Shown here one piece after another: positions 12,479-25,557 of a stretch of DNA of 64,000 nt; positions within the stretch are counted from its first letter, which is position 1, and every line of letters begins with the position of its first letter. The notes under the pieces are model-generated. The model had not been told where the DNA came from and did no database searches. It saw nothing but the letters and a program-made list of their open reading frames with translations. The position numbers were made by a program, and so were the translations under genes. The stretch comes from Isurus oxyrinchus (lineage: Eukaryota), in contig JANJGN010000011.1 of assembly GCA_026770705.1 (NCBI GenBank), positions 21,142,001 through 21,206,000 on the forward strand, written 5' to 3'.

Positions 12479-12570
12479 GTGGAAATTCATTAGATAATCT
12501 TATCGAGCTAAAGACGATCAATATTACCCCTACAGATACCGTGGTAATGCTTCTCAATGAATGTGTGGAG
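12479..12570 (+). CDS. HERC2: HERC2 exon, DOC domain
   Basis: tttcag|GT GGA; GNSLDNLIELKTINITPTDTVVMLLNECVE; donor GAG|gtacgt. Confidence 0.95.
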
Positions 12571-12942
12571 GTACGTGTTCTCAAGGAAATTTTAATCTGT
12601 ATGCACATTTGCTCTAAGAATAAGAATGTGTTTTGCCTTTTATTTGTGTTTGCTGCTATCTCCAAAGTCCAAGTAACCAGTAGAAATAATCACTCAAGCA
12701 TCTTGAGTTGAGAAGAAACTGTTTTGGTGTTTCGGTGGACTTTCATTCTTGGACAGTATCATCACTGTCATTTTCCGACATTGTTGAAATGTTTGCTATT
12801 AAATCTACGTCTGCGTGTGTAGTAAAAGCTATATAAACCCTTTTTTGTACATATATTCAAGGCCACATGCTCAATCTTACTATCTCTAGTGGCCTCTTCA
12901 CACACTTGGTTTTGATTACAGAACAAGCCCAGCTATGATTTT

Positions 12943-13398
12943 GGGCAGAATTTTACCGGCCCTTGCAGGCTGGGGGACTGTAATATTCCCCGGACGGCCT
13001 TTGTGTTGCCAACATCATCCCAGGTGAGGCCCTTAAGTGGCCAACTAATGGCCACTTAAGGACTGCTTCACACTTTGCTGCAAGTTTCAGGTCGACAGGA
13101 GGAGATCAGGGGCAAGGCAGAGGAAGGCCAGCAGGCTGGCTTTCTCAGGCTTCAGGCGGGAGCAGGGGGTTGGGGGGTTCTTCCCTCATGATCCCTTTGG
13201 TGCCCCCCCCCCCACCGCGCCACTGTAATGAGATTGGCCAGTAGCCCCCTCAGATGGGACTTTCTCCCAAGTGAGGGGCGGAAGTCATGCCCCAAATCAA
13301 TTAGCACTGTGCAGAGCCTAATTGGCTGTGGGGATGCTGATGTTAATGGGCTTCATGCATTCCCTGCCAACCTGTCCTCTCTCTGATAAATCCCGCCC
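12943..13398. mobile_element. PIF/Harbinger-like MITE (second subfamily)
   Basis: Ends GGGCAGAATTTTA / TAAATCCCGCCC; internal palindrome cttaagtggcca...tggccacttaag. Confidence 0.65.
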
Positions 13399-14437
13399 TG
13401 TGTGTCTCAACATTCAATCCCCCGAAACTCTTCAAATGCCACTTCCTTCTGCATCTGAAGTCCTAAAAAAAGTCCCAAAAAAAAATGTGCAAAACTAATG
13501 AAGGTGCCAGACTTCAATGCTGAACAGGATAAGCAGCAGATGAAATTCGATTAGAGAAATATGGCCTGTTTCACTGGGAAACACAAAATTTAAGAAGGGA
13601 CTAACGCTTTATTTTATTTGCGTTAAAGTAAATGGAAAATTCAAGAAATTATCCTGATTGACAATAAATTGAAGCTACCGCAGCAATGCTCAGTGGAAAT
13701 GAATGAGGCAAATCAAATGATGCATTGATAGGACACTATTGATCTATATTGATATAGTGAATTGACTTTCCTGTCTTAAAAACCTCCAGTAGCTCCATCT
13801 TTAAGACCCTCTTCTGACCAAACATTGGTTGCTGTTCTCAATAAGCTCCTTCAGCAAGCAACTCACTGATTTTGCCTCTGAGAAATGTCTTGGGAGATTT
13901 TCCTTCTACAATACAGGTGCTATATAAATGCAAGTTGTTTGAGTCATTATTGAGAATGGTAAAGCAATGTACATTGTCTGCTTTACAGCCATTCCATGAT
14001 CTCTGAAGCACTCTCTCATGAGATGCATAACCTTTGGGAAACGAAGCATTACTGGAGTGGGTATTTACAAGAAATACTAGAATAATTATATGGGCTTAAG
14101 CGCCAAGGCCCAGCCTTCATTACACCTTTCTCACTGGTGTTGGGCATCTTTCTTTCGGATCCCTCGGTCTTTTCTATGTACCATAGATCCACCCCACTGA
14201 TTGTCTGTTTATACCATTAAGGATGAAAATATATGCACATAATTAAGCTTACTTTGCTCCTACTGTATATTGTAGTGTTTTTCACATTGTAGTTCTGTTT
14301 TGTTATTTCTGTCCAATGTAACAGAGGTGATCATTGCTAGTCAATACACCTTGAACTCGGTGTTCAGACAACGTTTTTTACTTTTATCAAATTGTGAACC
14401 ACAATTAATTTACTTTAACCATGCCTCATTTTCTCAG

Positions 14438-14616
14438 CAGCACAGATATATTGAGATTGCAATCAAACAGTGCAGAAGTTCTGGGATTGATTGCAAAATT
14501 CATGGCTTGAGCATCGTAGGACGTATCAGAGCAGAGGATGAGGATCTTGCTGCAAACTTCCCTTTCCTTGCTTCAGATAATGAGGAGGAGGAGGATGATA
14601 AAAGCAATACTGGAAG
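14438..14616 (+). CDS. HERC2: HERC2 exon, end of DOC domain and acidic stretch
   Basis: ttctcag|CAG CAC AGA (NAGNAG, alternative start 14441); QHRYIEIAIKQCRSSGIDCKIHGLSIVGRIRAEDEDLAANFPFLASDNEEEEDDKSNTG; donor AAG|gtacta. Confidence 0.93.
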
Positions 14617-14629
14617 GTACTAACATGTA

Positions 14630-15013
14630 TACAGTATTGGTCACCTTATTTAAGAAAGGATGTAAATGCATTAGAAGCAGTTCAGGGATGGTTTACTAGA
14701 CTAATGCCAGGAATGGGCAGGAGGAAAGGCTGGACAGGCTAGGCTTGCATCCGCAGGAGTTTAGAAGAGTAACAGGCGACTTGATTGTGGATGTGGAAAG
14801 TATGTTTCCTCTTGTGGGAGAAGCTAGAACTAGGGGTCACTGTTTAAAAATAAGGGGTCGCCCATTTAGGACAGGAGTTGTTCCTCTGAGTCTTTGGAAC
14901 TCTTTCTCAAAAGGTGGTGGAGGCAGATTCTTTGAATATTTTTAAGGCAGATGTAGAAAGCTTCTTGATAAGCAAGGTTGGTGAAAGGCCATCGGGAGTA
15001 GACAGGAATGTGG
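14630..15013 (+). mobile_element. CR1 LINE 3' fragment
   Basis: MFPLVGEARTRGHCLKIRGRPF; same family as 57375-57975. Confidence 0.8.
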
Positions 15014-16016
15014 AGTTGTGGTTGTTGGAGGTCAGTCATCTCAGCTCCAGGATATTACTGCAGGAATTCCTCAGGGTAGTGTCCTCAGCCCAGCCATCTT
15101 CAGCTGCTTCATCAATGACCTTCCTTCCATCATAAAGTCGAAGTGGGGAAGTCTGCTGACGATTGCACAATGTTCAGCACCATTTGCGACTCCTGAGATG
15201 CTGAAGCAGTCCATGTCCAAATGCAGCAAGACCTGGGCAATATCCAGACTTGGGCTGACAAGTGGCAAGTAACATTTTTGCCATACAAGGGTAAGGCAAT
15301 GACCACCTCTAACAAGAGAGAATCCTACCATCGCCCCTTGATGTTCAATGGCATAACCATTACTGAACCCCCCACTATCAACATCCTGGACCCACCATTG
15401 ACCAGAAATTGAACTGGACTGGCCATATGAATACTGTGGTTACAACAGCAGGCCAGAGGCTAGGAATCATACAATGATAGCCTACCTCCTGATTCTTCAA
15501 AGCCTGTCCACCATCTGTAAGGCACAAGTCAGGAGTGTGATGGAATACCCCCTACTTGCCTGGATGACTGTAGTTCCTACAACACTGAAGAAGCTGGACA
15601 CTGTTCTGGACAAAGCAGTCTGCTTGATTGGCACTACATCCACTCCCTGCACCACAGACGTACAGTAGCGGCAGTGTGTACCACCTACAAGATGCACTGC
15701 AGGAATTCACCAAGGCTCCTTAGACAGCACCTTCCAAACCCATGACCACTACCACCTAGAAGGACAAGGGCAACAGATAAATGGGTACACTACCACCTGG
15801 AAGTTCCCCACCAAGTCATCACCATCCTGACTTGAAAATATATCACCGTTCCTTCACTGTCCCTAGGTCAAAATCCTGGAACTCTGTTCCTAACAGCACT
15901 GTGGGTGTACCACATGGACTGCAGTGGTTCAAGAAGGCAGCTCGCCACCACCTCAAAGGCAACTAGGGATGGGCAATAGCCAGCGGAGCCCACATCCCGT
16001 GAATGGATAAACAAAA
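15014..16016 (+). mobile_element. LINE family B 3' fragment
   Basis: GIPQGSVLSP, WADKWQVTF, KKLDTVLDKAVCLIG; tail cccacatcccgtgaatg. Confidence 0.85.
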
Positions 16017-16454
16017 ATACTGGGATGTCTGAATGCAAATGTATAAGGCTGCAATTACAATCTCCTGCCAATGGAGGTGCTGAAGTGCTGCAACTGGTGG
16101 GTGGGCATAATAACCGGGTAACAGTTTAACATGGCCAGTTTCCATTACAAATGAGAATGTATGCATTTATTATGAAATTAACAAAATTTAAAATGGTGAC
16201 TGAATGACAAGTTGAGATCCAATTATCTCTCATCCCATAGCACTACTTCACCATCATACTACACTTTGTGTTGGTTCCTATGTACACAGGCGAATGGCAA
16301 GTAATATATTAAAAATTAAGTGTACAGCCATACTTCCACTGGGACAATTTTGGTGTCTCGGGTAACTGGAGAGGTATGGGGAGCAATCAGAAACTGCAGT
16401 TGGAGGCAAAAATCAGCCATGATTAGTATTGAATGGTGGAGCAGGCTTGAGAGG

Positions 16455-19027
16455 CTCTACAATGCCCTGGACACCACTGTCACCATCCCAGGGTACGTCC
16501 TGTCTCACTGGCAGAACTGACCCAGCAGAGGTGGCAGCACAATGGTATACAGTTGGGAGGGAGTTTTCCTGGAAGTCCTCAACATTGACTGTGGACCCCA
16601 TGAAGTCTCAAGGCATCAGGCCAAACATGGGAAAGGAAACCTCTTGCTGGTACAATATACTGCCCTCCTCAGCTGATGAATCAGTGCTCCTCCATGTTGA
16701 GCACCAGTTGGAGGAAGCACTGAGGTTGGCAAGGGCACAGAATGTACACTGGGTGGGGGACTTTAATGTCCATCACCATGAGTGGCCTGGTAGCAACACG
16801 ACTGACCGAGCTGGCCGAGTCCTAAAGGACATAGCTGCTAGACCGGGTCAGCGGCGGTGAGGAAACCAACAAGAGGGAAAAACATACTTGACTTTATCCT
16901 CACCAACCTGCCTGCCACAGATGCGTCTGTCCATGACTGTATTGGTGGGAGTGACCACTGCACAGCCTTCATGGAGACGAAGTCCCGCCTTCACATTGAA
17001 GGTACCCTCCATTGTGTCGTGTGGCACTACCACCATGCTAAATGGCATAGATTTTAAACAGATTTATTAACTCAAAGCTGGGCATCCATGAGCCACTGTG
17101 GGCCATCAGCAGCAGAATTGCACTCGAACACAATCTGTAACCTTATGGCCCGGCATATCCCCCACTCCACCATTACCATAAAGCCAAGGGATCAACCCTG
17201 GTTCAATGAAGAGTGCAGGAGGGCATGCCAGAAGCATACATAAAGATGAGGTGTCAACTTGGTGAAGCTATAGCACAGGAATACTAGCGTGCCAAACAGC
17301 ACAAGTAGCTAGTGATAGACAAAGCTAAGCGATCCCACAACCAACGGATCAAATCTAAGCTCTGCAGTCCTGCCACAGCTAGTTGTGAATCGTGGTGGAC
17401 AATTAAACAGCTCACTGGAAGAGGGGGCTCCACAAATATCCCCACCCTTAAGGATGGGGGAGCCCAGCACATCAGTGCACAAGATAAGCATTTGCTACAA
17501 TCTTCAGCCAGAAGTGCCAAGTGGATGATCTATCTTGGCCTCCTCCAGAGGTCCCCACATCATAGATGTCTGTCTTCAGCCAATTCTGTTTGCTTCACGT
17601 GATATCAAGAAATGGCTGAAGGCACTGGACACTGCAAAGGCTATGGGCCCAGACAGTATTCCAGTAGTAGTATTGAAGACTTGTGCTCCAGAACTTGCCA
17701 CATCTCTAGCCAAGCTGTTCCAGTACAGCTACAATGCTGACATCTACCTGGCAATGTGGAAAATTGCCCAGGTATGTACTGTACACAAAAAGCAGCACAA
17801 ATCCAACCAGGTCAATTACAGCCCTATTAGTCTACTCTCGATCATCAGTAAAGTAATGGAAGGGGTCATAGGTGAAAGTAACTGCCCTTGACATTAAGGC
17901 AGCATTTGACTAAGTGTGGCATCAAGGAGCCCTAGCAAAGCTGGAGTCATTGGGAATCGGGGGAAGCTCTCCGCTGGTTGGAGTTATACCTAGCACAAAG
18001 GAAGGTGGTTGTGGTTGTTGGAAGTCAGTCATCTCAGCTCCGGGGCATCACTACAGCAGTTAGGCAGGGTAGTGTCCTGGGCCCAACCACCTTCAGCTGC
18101 TTCATCATTGACTTCCATTCCATCATAAGGTCAGAAGCGGGAATATTCACTGATGATTGCACAATGTTCAGCATCATTCGGACTTTGGACTCCTCAGATA
18201 CTGAAGCAGTCCATGTTCACATACAGCAAAACCTGGACAATATCTGGCTTGGACTGACAAATGGCAAATGACATTTGCACCACACAAATGCCAGGCAGTG
18301 ACCATCTCCTACAAGAGAGAATCTAACCATTGCCCCTTGACATTCAATGGCATTACCATCACTGAATCCCCCACTATCACCATCCTGGGGGTTACCATTG
18401 ACTGGAAACTGAACTGGACTAGCCATATAAATACAGTGTCTACAAGAGCAGGTAAGAGGCTAGGAATCCTGCAACGGGTAACTCCTGACTTCCCAAACCC
18501 TGTCCACCATCTACAAGGTATCAGGATTATGATGGAATACTCCCCACTTGTCTTGATGAGTGCAGCACCCACAACACTTAAGAAACTTGACACCGTCCAG
18601 GGCAAAGCAGCCCGCTTGGTTGGCACCACATCCACAAACATTCATGCCCTCCACCACCGATGCACAGTAGCAGCAGTGTGTGCCATCTACAAGACGCACT
18701 GCAGCAATTCACCAAAGATCCTTAGCACTTTCCAAACCCACGACCACTACCTTCTATAAGGACAAGAGCAGTAGATCGATGGGAACACTACCACCTGGAA
18801 GTTCCCCTCCAAGTCATTCACCATCCTGACTTGGAAATATATCGTTATTCCTTCACTGTAGCTGGGCCAAAATCCTAGAACTGCCTTCCTAATAGCACTG
18901 TGGGTGTATCTACACGACATTCAAGACAGTAGCTCACTGCCACTTTCTCAAGGACAACTAGCAATGGGCAATAAATGCTTGCCCAGCCAGCGATGCCCAC
19001 ATCCTGTGAATGAATTTTTAAAAAAAA
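16455..19027 (+). mobile_element. LINE family B, long degenerate copy (APE endonuclease through RT and 3' tail)
   Basis: VGDFNVHH, PTRGKNILDFILTN, SDH, KAMGPDSIP, NYSPISLLSIISKVME, QGSVLGP, FTDD; many frameshifts; A-rich tail ~19020. Confidence 0.88.
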
Positions 19028-19256
19028 TTCTCTGTTGCTATTCCTTATGTTATTATGTTCCTGTCAGTATTGCAATTACTTCCTGTCACACTTTAGCCAC
19101 TGCACTTTGTTTTAATTCATTCATGGGATGTAGTTGTCATTTGCAAGGCCAGCATTTATTGCCCACCCCTAATTGCCCTTGAGAAGGCAACCTTCAGTAA
19201 TATTAAATTTATTATATGGAGCTTGCAGGACATTGAGAACTCTTTTGTAAATCTAT

Positions 19257-19928
19257 GGGCAGGATTTTTTCGTTGGTGGATGGGAGGTGAGAGCCGCTCA
19301 CCGGCGCATAAAATGACACGCGGTGACATCGGGTGGAACCCCTGACGTCACCGCGCCCCTTTTAAATATTCAGGTAGGCGGGGACTCAGCAAAATCAGCT
19401 CTGCGCCGGCTGACCTGTCAGTGGCCAATTGAGGCCATTGACAAAGTCATTTAAGTAATTAATGGACCTGCCCGTCCAACTTTAAGGTTGGCGGGCAGGC
19501 CAGGAGCCCTGGTGGGCATTAAAAAAAGCATGAAACCTCATCCACAGGCAGGATGAGATTTCATGTAGGTTTTAAAAACATTTAATTAAAGTTTTTTAAA
19601 AAGTTAGGGATATGTCCCAACTCATGTGACAGTGTCACATAGGACATGTCAGGGATTTTTTTTTCTCTTTTTTACTGTAGAGCCGATCTCCTTGAGGCAG
19701 CACTTAGTCTCAGGGAGATGAGTGCGCGCTTTCATTGCCATGCGCAAAAGCGCACATTCTCTGGTTGAGGGGTTTCCCCCTGGGCAGACGTCATGCTGGG
19801 CGGGCCTTAATTGACCTGCCCACGTAAAACGGTGGTGTGGTACCGATCGGAGGCGTGCGTGCCCCGCTCGCCCACACTTCAACTCCCATCCCCCCTCTCC
19901 CCCCCTCAATGGGGGGAAAATCCTGCCC
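19257..19928. mobile_element. PIF/Harbinger-like MITE, complete
   Basis: TIR GGGCAGGATTTT / AAAATCCTGCCC; 3-bp TSD TAT at 19254-19256 and 19929-19931. Confidence 0.85.
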
Positions 19929-20526
19929 TATCTTTCCAATATGAAAGTGTACATTTTCTGCAATTATTTTTAATTGATGTAATTGCCACATCTTCCTCGG
20001 AAGGTAATATGTGCTGCTTTCACCCGTGCCCTACAGGGTGCTCATACATTGAACTGCTTTTAAATTTTCATCCTGTAGTTGCAAGCCCTCACACAACATG
20101 GTTGCTTGTTTTTTTTTTAATCCATTCCTGCTAATTTTGATTTAAAAAAAAAACCTCAACTTTAATGTCTTGAATTCTTATTTTTAAGAATCTATTTCTG
20201 CTGATTTTTATCTCTCTTAATGTCACATATAAAAGATGGCACCTTTGGCAATAGTGCACCTTCTCAATACCGCATTGAAGTGCAAAAGTGGATTTATATG
20301 CTGAAGTCTCTGGAGGGTGAATTGGACCCAAAACCTTCTGACCCAAACCAAGTTGTCACTGAAACTAATGCATTATATTTGTAGGAGAGCTAATTAGAAA
20401 TGAGAAAAGCTTCCTGTTATGACAATTTAAGTTTTATTGGATATGTATTAAAATCCTGAAGTGAAACCCAAAAATGTTATACTTGCATGATGTAACTTCA
20501 GAAATTATGTTTTGTTTCTTCCCAAG

Positions 20527-20638
20527 TCTTGTAAGGAAGAAAACATCTGGCATAGAATCTGCAGCTACTATTAGAACAAAAGTGTTCGTCTGGGGCCTAA
20601 ATGACAAAGACCAGCTAGGAGGACTGAAAGGTTCCAAG
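20527..20638 (+). CDS. HERC2: HERC2 exon, start of RCC1-like domain 2
   Basis: cccaag|T CTT; LVRKKTSGIESAATIRTKVFVWGLNDKDQLGGLKGSK; donor AAG|gtagat. Confidence 0.95.
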
Positions 20639-21027
20639 GTAGATTTACTGTTTCTGTGGTATTTTTGTTGTCTTAACATTAGCTTTTTTTCATATGGCTT
20701 GAATCAGATAATTAGCCTTGCACACCATATATCCATTCAATATTGTGCCCTCTGTAATAAAGCTGTGAATCCTTAATTGTTTTTCATGCTGCTCATTATT
20801 TCATATGCTCTATTATCTAATTCTTGGATCAGAGGAAAGCATAAGATAAGAAAGCATAAGTATGTTTAATACTTTGAATTGTAATGGTTGACAAAAGTTA
20901 TTTTAAGTTGTCCGCACTCCTTGTGTGAATAATTTGTTTTGAAATTAAAAAGAATTTTCTTTACTCGTTGGCCCACTTAACTGCATATTTCACAAAACTG
21001 ACAACTCTTTTTTGCTTTCACCTTCAG

Positions 21028-21109
21028 ATAAAGGTCCCATCATTTTCTGAGACGTTGTCAGCTTTGAATGTTGTCCAAGTGGCTGGTGGCTCCAAAAGCC
21101 TTTTTGCAG
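21028..21109 (+). CDS. HERC2: HERC2 exon, RLD2
   Basis: cttcag|ATA; IKVPSFSETLSALNVVQVAGGSKSLFA; donor CAG|gtaaca. Confidence 0.95.
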
Positions 21110-21226
21110 GTAACACAACATTCACTTTAGATGTTGACTTATACTAAGTAATATGATAGTTTTTCATGTTACAGAAGTGTACAAATTTGTTTCCAGCTTT
21201 TGTGTTGATGACAGCAGAGATGTCAA

Positions 21227-21368
21227 ATACAAATGCTAAATATTGTGGATGCTGGAAATTTGAAACAAAACTAGAAAATGCTGACAATACTTAGCAGATC
21301 AGGCAGCGTCATTGAGAGAAATTTGAGTTAATGTTTTAAGCCAATAACCTTTCATCAGAACTGGATGT
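21227..21368 (-). mobile_element. Short PLE-tail-derived element with degenerate hammerhead
   Basis: Minus strand reads agttCTGATGAaaggttattggcttaaaacattaactc...gacgctgcctgatctgctaagt; 12-bp near-TSD CAG(A/G)GATGTCAA at 21215-21226 and 21369-21380. Confidence 0.65.
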
Positions 21369-22289
21369 CAGGGATGTCAATCCTGGAAAAGAGAATATTT
21401 TTCTTAGTTCAGACACTCATTTCCAACATTGATTACTCTGAGGTCAAACACTTTATATGGCCACCTGTATGTTAAATACACCTCTATTCGAGCCCAAGTG
21501 ATGTGAATTATTCCAAAGCTTTGCGACAACAGTGTCCTGAGTCACCCACATCAGCAAACCTACTGCTGAATTTTGAGTGAGTGAAATTATTGTGCCAAAT
21601 TATTGTTCCCATTAGAAACTGGGTTGAGCTTGCCTAACTTATTTCGCTTGGAAGCTTTATAGTGGGAAGCAAGAGGTGTTCTTCACAGTTTGAATTGGGT
21701 TATGATGCCAGTCATAGAAGTGAAAGAACAATGAGTTTAATCCATAACCCAGATCCTTACAAACCACGGTTAATTTAGTAATGAGGGGCCGAATAGTATA
21801 CTCTTGCTGCTAATTCATATGCTCTTATTATGTTTGATGAAATAAAGTGATAATTGCTGTTCCGGTAGCTTAGCCATTTGCCATTTACTTCAAATTCCTT
21901 TGCATATGCGCTTAGTATGAATACTGTGGTCTTGTAATTTTATTTTAGATTTTTAAGAACTCTATTATAAATTGACTCTTAATTAGACTAGTTTGCATTT
22001 GGAATATTCATTTGTGCTGGCTTTCCTATTGATGTACATTTTAGTCATCTGCACCAGTATTCATCTGATTATCTTCAGGCAGATTTCAGAAGGCTTCAAC
22101 CATTGTGAAGGTTTAGCTAATGACTTGGAAACAGGCTACCAAAAGTCATGCTTCGTCAATTCAATTGCATGACCTGTTGAGTTCAATCAATAAAGTTATC
22201 ACTGACCTTTGTGGATAATTGGCCATAACATTTTTTCCCTTCTTATAATGCAGCAGTCCTGAGAAGCATTATGTCATGGAGGTTCCCAA

Positions 22290-23551
22290 TGTTATGATCC
22301 CAGCTGAGGTTACCCCTGGGCAAGCCTGATCCCAGGGTAGAACCCAGCTTAATAAATCCTAACTTTAATTTGTTTAGATAAGTGGGGAGGGGCTACTGAA
22401 CAGAGTCATCGGAGTCAGCTAATGAACTTTTAACAGAAGCATAAAACATTTATTAAACAAGAAAAGATGAACTATGTTATAATACTCCTTCACCCACAAC
22501 TACACCTTTACAGATATATACAGATTTATAGGGATAACACAAGTTACAAAAACTATCTTATACTCTAATGTTCACAGTAAATACACATTCCATGTAAACC
22601 AGTTGCAACCTGTGGTCAGACACACCACACTCTGAAGACAAGTGACAGATGGCACCTTAACTGGGTGCTATGGATCTCTCATCGACTCCGCTCAGACTCT
22701 TGAGACCGTGAGCCAACCAGTCTCACTGAACTCAGTTTTTCACACGAGTGTTTCCAATCTCTACTCTCTAAGAACTCGCATTGGAATCTTCTCCCAAACC
22801 CACGCTTTCTCTCAGATGTTCCTCAAGGGTTCACTGTCAGGGTTTCGAACTTTCTTTGCGATATACCTCTTCCCTGGGTCACCACATGCATTCAAGCTGT
22901 CTTCCATGCACTCTCTCTCACCGACACAGCCGTCAACAGTACACTACTGCTTCACATGCCCATAGCAAAGTTACAGACCTTCAGCCGTATATTTGGATCT
23001 TCTTTTCTCTTGCAAGCTGTTCTTGCTTTAAATCTGCTTTCTGTAGCTTTTGTCTCTTTAGATCTAAAGCTTTGTGCCTTTCTCTATGCCCCTCACTCTT
23101 AACTGTATTTTTCAGGACCTTTTCCAGGTTCCTGTCTGCCCTTTAACTAGAAAGTCTGCTTGGGACTTTCTCCTGTTCCACTCCCCTGGATTCTTGGGGA
23201 CTTTCTTCTTTAGCTTGGTGCTGGCTATTTGCCCCTTCTTGGTTGCTTCTGCCTGTCAGCTGTCTTCAAAACTGAACTCAAAAACTGCTTTCCTAGTACT
23301 GTGAGAGGGACCTGCTTTTCAGGACCCCTGTTGCTGTGCAACAGCACTGTTTTTCTACTGTTGTGTAACTGCAACAGCCATAAAACTCTTATTAGAAATG
23401 CAAGCACCTTTTAAAGTGAAACTAAAACTCAATTTGACCTTTTCTTAATACATAGATACAGAAATACAGATAAAACTTTAAAGCGAAAACTCATTCCTAA
23501 CACTCACAAATACAAATATAACTTAGTTTAACTTATCTCTACTTCCTAACA
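22290..23551 (-). mobile_element. Probable solo LTR (Gypsy-like)
   Basis: Ends TGTTA...TAACA; 4-bp near-TSD CCAA/CCAT; AATAAA on - strand at ~22449-22454; no coding capacity. Confidence 0.65.
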
Positions 23552-24302
23552 CCATCTTTTGTTTTCTATGCTGTTTTTGAGCATTCAGTGTAGAAACTGA
23601 GTGAATTAGAAATATTGAGCTTACTTGTTTTTTCTTTTTTCTAAAACCTCTATAAACGTCTTCATTCCTGTCTACCTGTCTATTTTCTTTCCGACATAAC
23701 TTGGATGTATTCTATTCATCTGTGTTCATCAAACTCTACCTGGCTTCCTTTCAAAAGAATAAAAGTATGTGTAAAGAGAATGTCCTTGATGTACGGTGGG
23801 TGGGAAATATGATCTGACTCCAAAGTGATGCTAATGTATATTATCACTTTTCATCTCTTCTTTCTTGAATGTGCTGACTCTAGTAGTTTATTATTCTGTA
23901 GCTTCCTGGCAGTTTATGTTGGTGGTAGTTCCTCATGTGTAAACCTTCATAATGAATGTGGTTGACTCCTTGACTGCAGGGAAAGGAAAAAAAATTCACA
24001 ACTGAGCTCAATTCCAACTTTAACATGACATTGCTGAATACGCAATTTTCAGCAAGTATCATTGGATCCTGTCGAGTAACAGGAACAATTGACGCCTGAC
24101 TCGAGCATTGCGAGCAATTTTGTTGTTTTTATCACTGTCTCCATTAGTTCAACTAGCTTGCTATGTGCCATGGATCAAATATGGGACTTCCTGCTCCATA
24201 TGGTTCAGTGTCACAATGGACAATGTATTTTCTCAGGGGAACAAAACTTTTAAAAGGATAGTTTCTCTATTTCTGTATTGTCTCCTTAATTTATGAATAT
24301 GT

Positions 24303-25030
24303 TTTTAAAAATTTGTTCATGTGATGTGGGCATCACTGATTGGGCTAGCATTTATTGCTTACCCCGCATTGACCTCAAAAAAGTGGTGGTGAGCCACCTC
24401 CTTTGCCCGCTGCAGTCCATATGGTGTCGTGCTGTTAGGAAGAGAGTTCCAGGATTTTCACCCAGCAACACTGATGTAGTTTCAAGTCAGGATGGCTGGA
24501 GAGGAACTTGCAAGAGGTGGTGTCATTTTAGGTGGTAGAGGTCGCAAGTTTTGCCGTTGAAGGAGCTTTGATGAATTGCTGCAGTGCATCTTGTGGATGG
24601 TGCACGCTGCTGCCACTGTGCATCGGCAGTGGAGGGAGTGAATGTTTAAGCTGGTGGATGGAGTGCCAATCAAGCAGGCTGCTTTGCCCTGGATGGTGTC
24701 GAGTTTCTTGTGTGTTGTTGGAGCTGCACTCATCCAGGCAAGTGGAGAGTATTCCGTTACAATCCTGACTTGTGCGGTGTAGATAGTGCTTTGTAGATGG
24801 TGGACAGGATTTGGGGAGTTAGGAGATGAGTTACACGCAGCAGAATTCCCAGCCTCTGACCTGTTCCTGCAACTACTGTATTTATATGGCTGGCCTAGTT
24901 CAGTTTCTGGTCAATGGTAACCTCCAGGATATTGATAATAGATTTGACGATGGTAATATCATTGAATGTCAGGGGGAAATGGTTAGATTCTCTCTTGTTG
25001 AAGATGGTTGTTGCCTGGCACTTGTTTGGC
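24303..25030 (-). mobile_element. LINE family B 3' fragment
   Basis: MSAAPTTHKKLDTIQGKAACLIGTPS on - strand. Confidence 0.85.
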
Positions 25031-25240
25031 CACTTTTCAGCCCAATGATGACGGTGGAACATGAAAGCAGTAGAATAATATGTATGGCATATTGTGCTAT
25101 TGGAATTGGAATCACCTTTATCAAACTATTCAAATTTTCTTTCACTATAGATTTGTGTTTGAAAAATTCCTAAATTTTGAAGTGCTTCTGATAAAACAAA
25201 ATATTTATGCATGTGGTTCATCTTGAGTTTTACATTGCAG

Positions 25241-25384
25241 TTACAGCTGAGGGAAAAGTTTATGCCTGTGGAGAAGCCACAAATGGAAGACTTGGACTTG
25301 GAATATCCAGTGGGACAATACCCATCCCTCGTCAGATCTCAGCTCTTAGTAATTATGTTGTGAAGAAAGTAGCTGTGCATTCAG
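25241..25384 (+). CDS. HERC2: HERC2 exon, RLD2
   Basis: ttgcag|TT ACA; [48 protein letters not shown]; donor CAG|gtatgt. Confidence 0.96.
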
Positions 25385-25466
25385 GTATGTAGCTGAATTT
25401 ATTTTTAAAACATTGTGCTGCAACTTATTAAACTATATTTACCGTATATTTCACATTGCATTGCAG

Positions 25467-25557
25467 GTGGTCGTCATGCAATGGCTTTAACTGTCGATGG
25501 AAAGGTATTTTCCTGGGGTGAAGGAGATGATGGAAAGCTTGGACACTTCAGCAGAAT
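25467..25557 (+). CDS. HERC2: HERC2 exon, RLD2
   Basis: ttgcag|GT GGT; [29 protein letters not shown](M); weak donor AAT|gtaaaa, required by phase. Confidence 0.93.
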
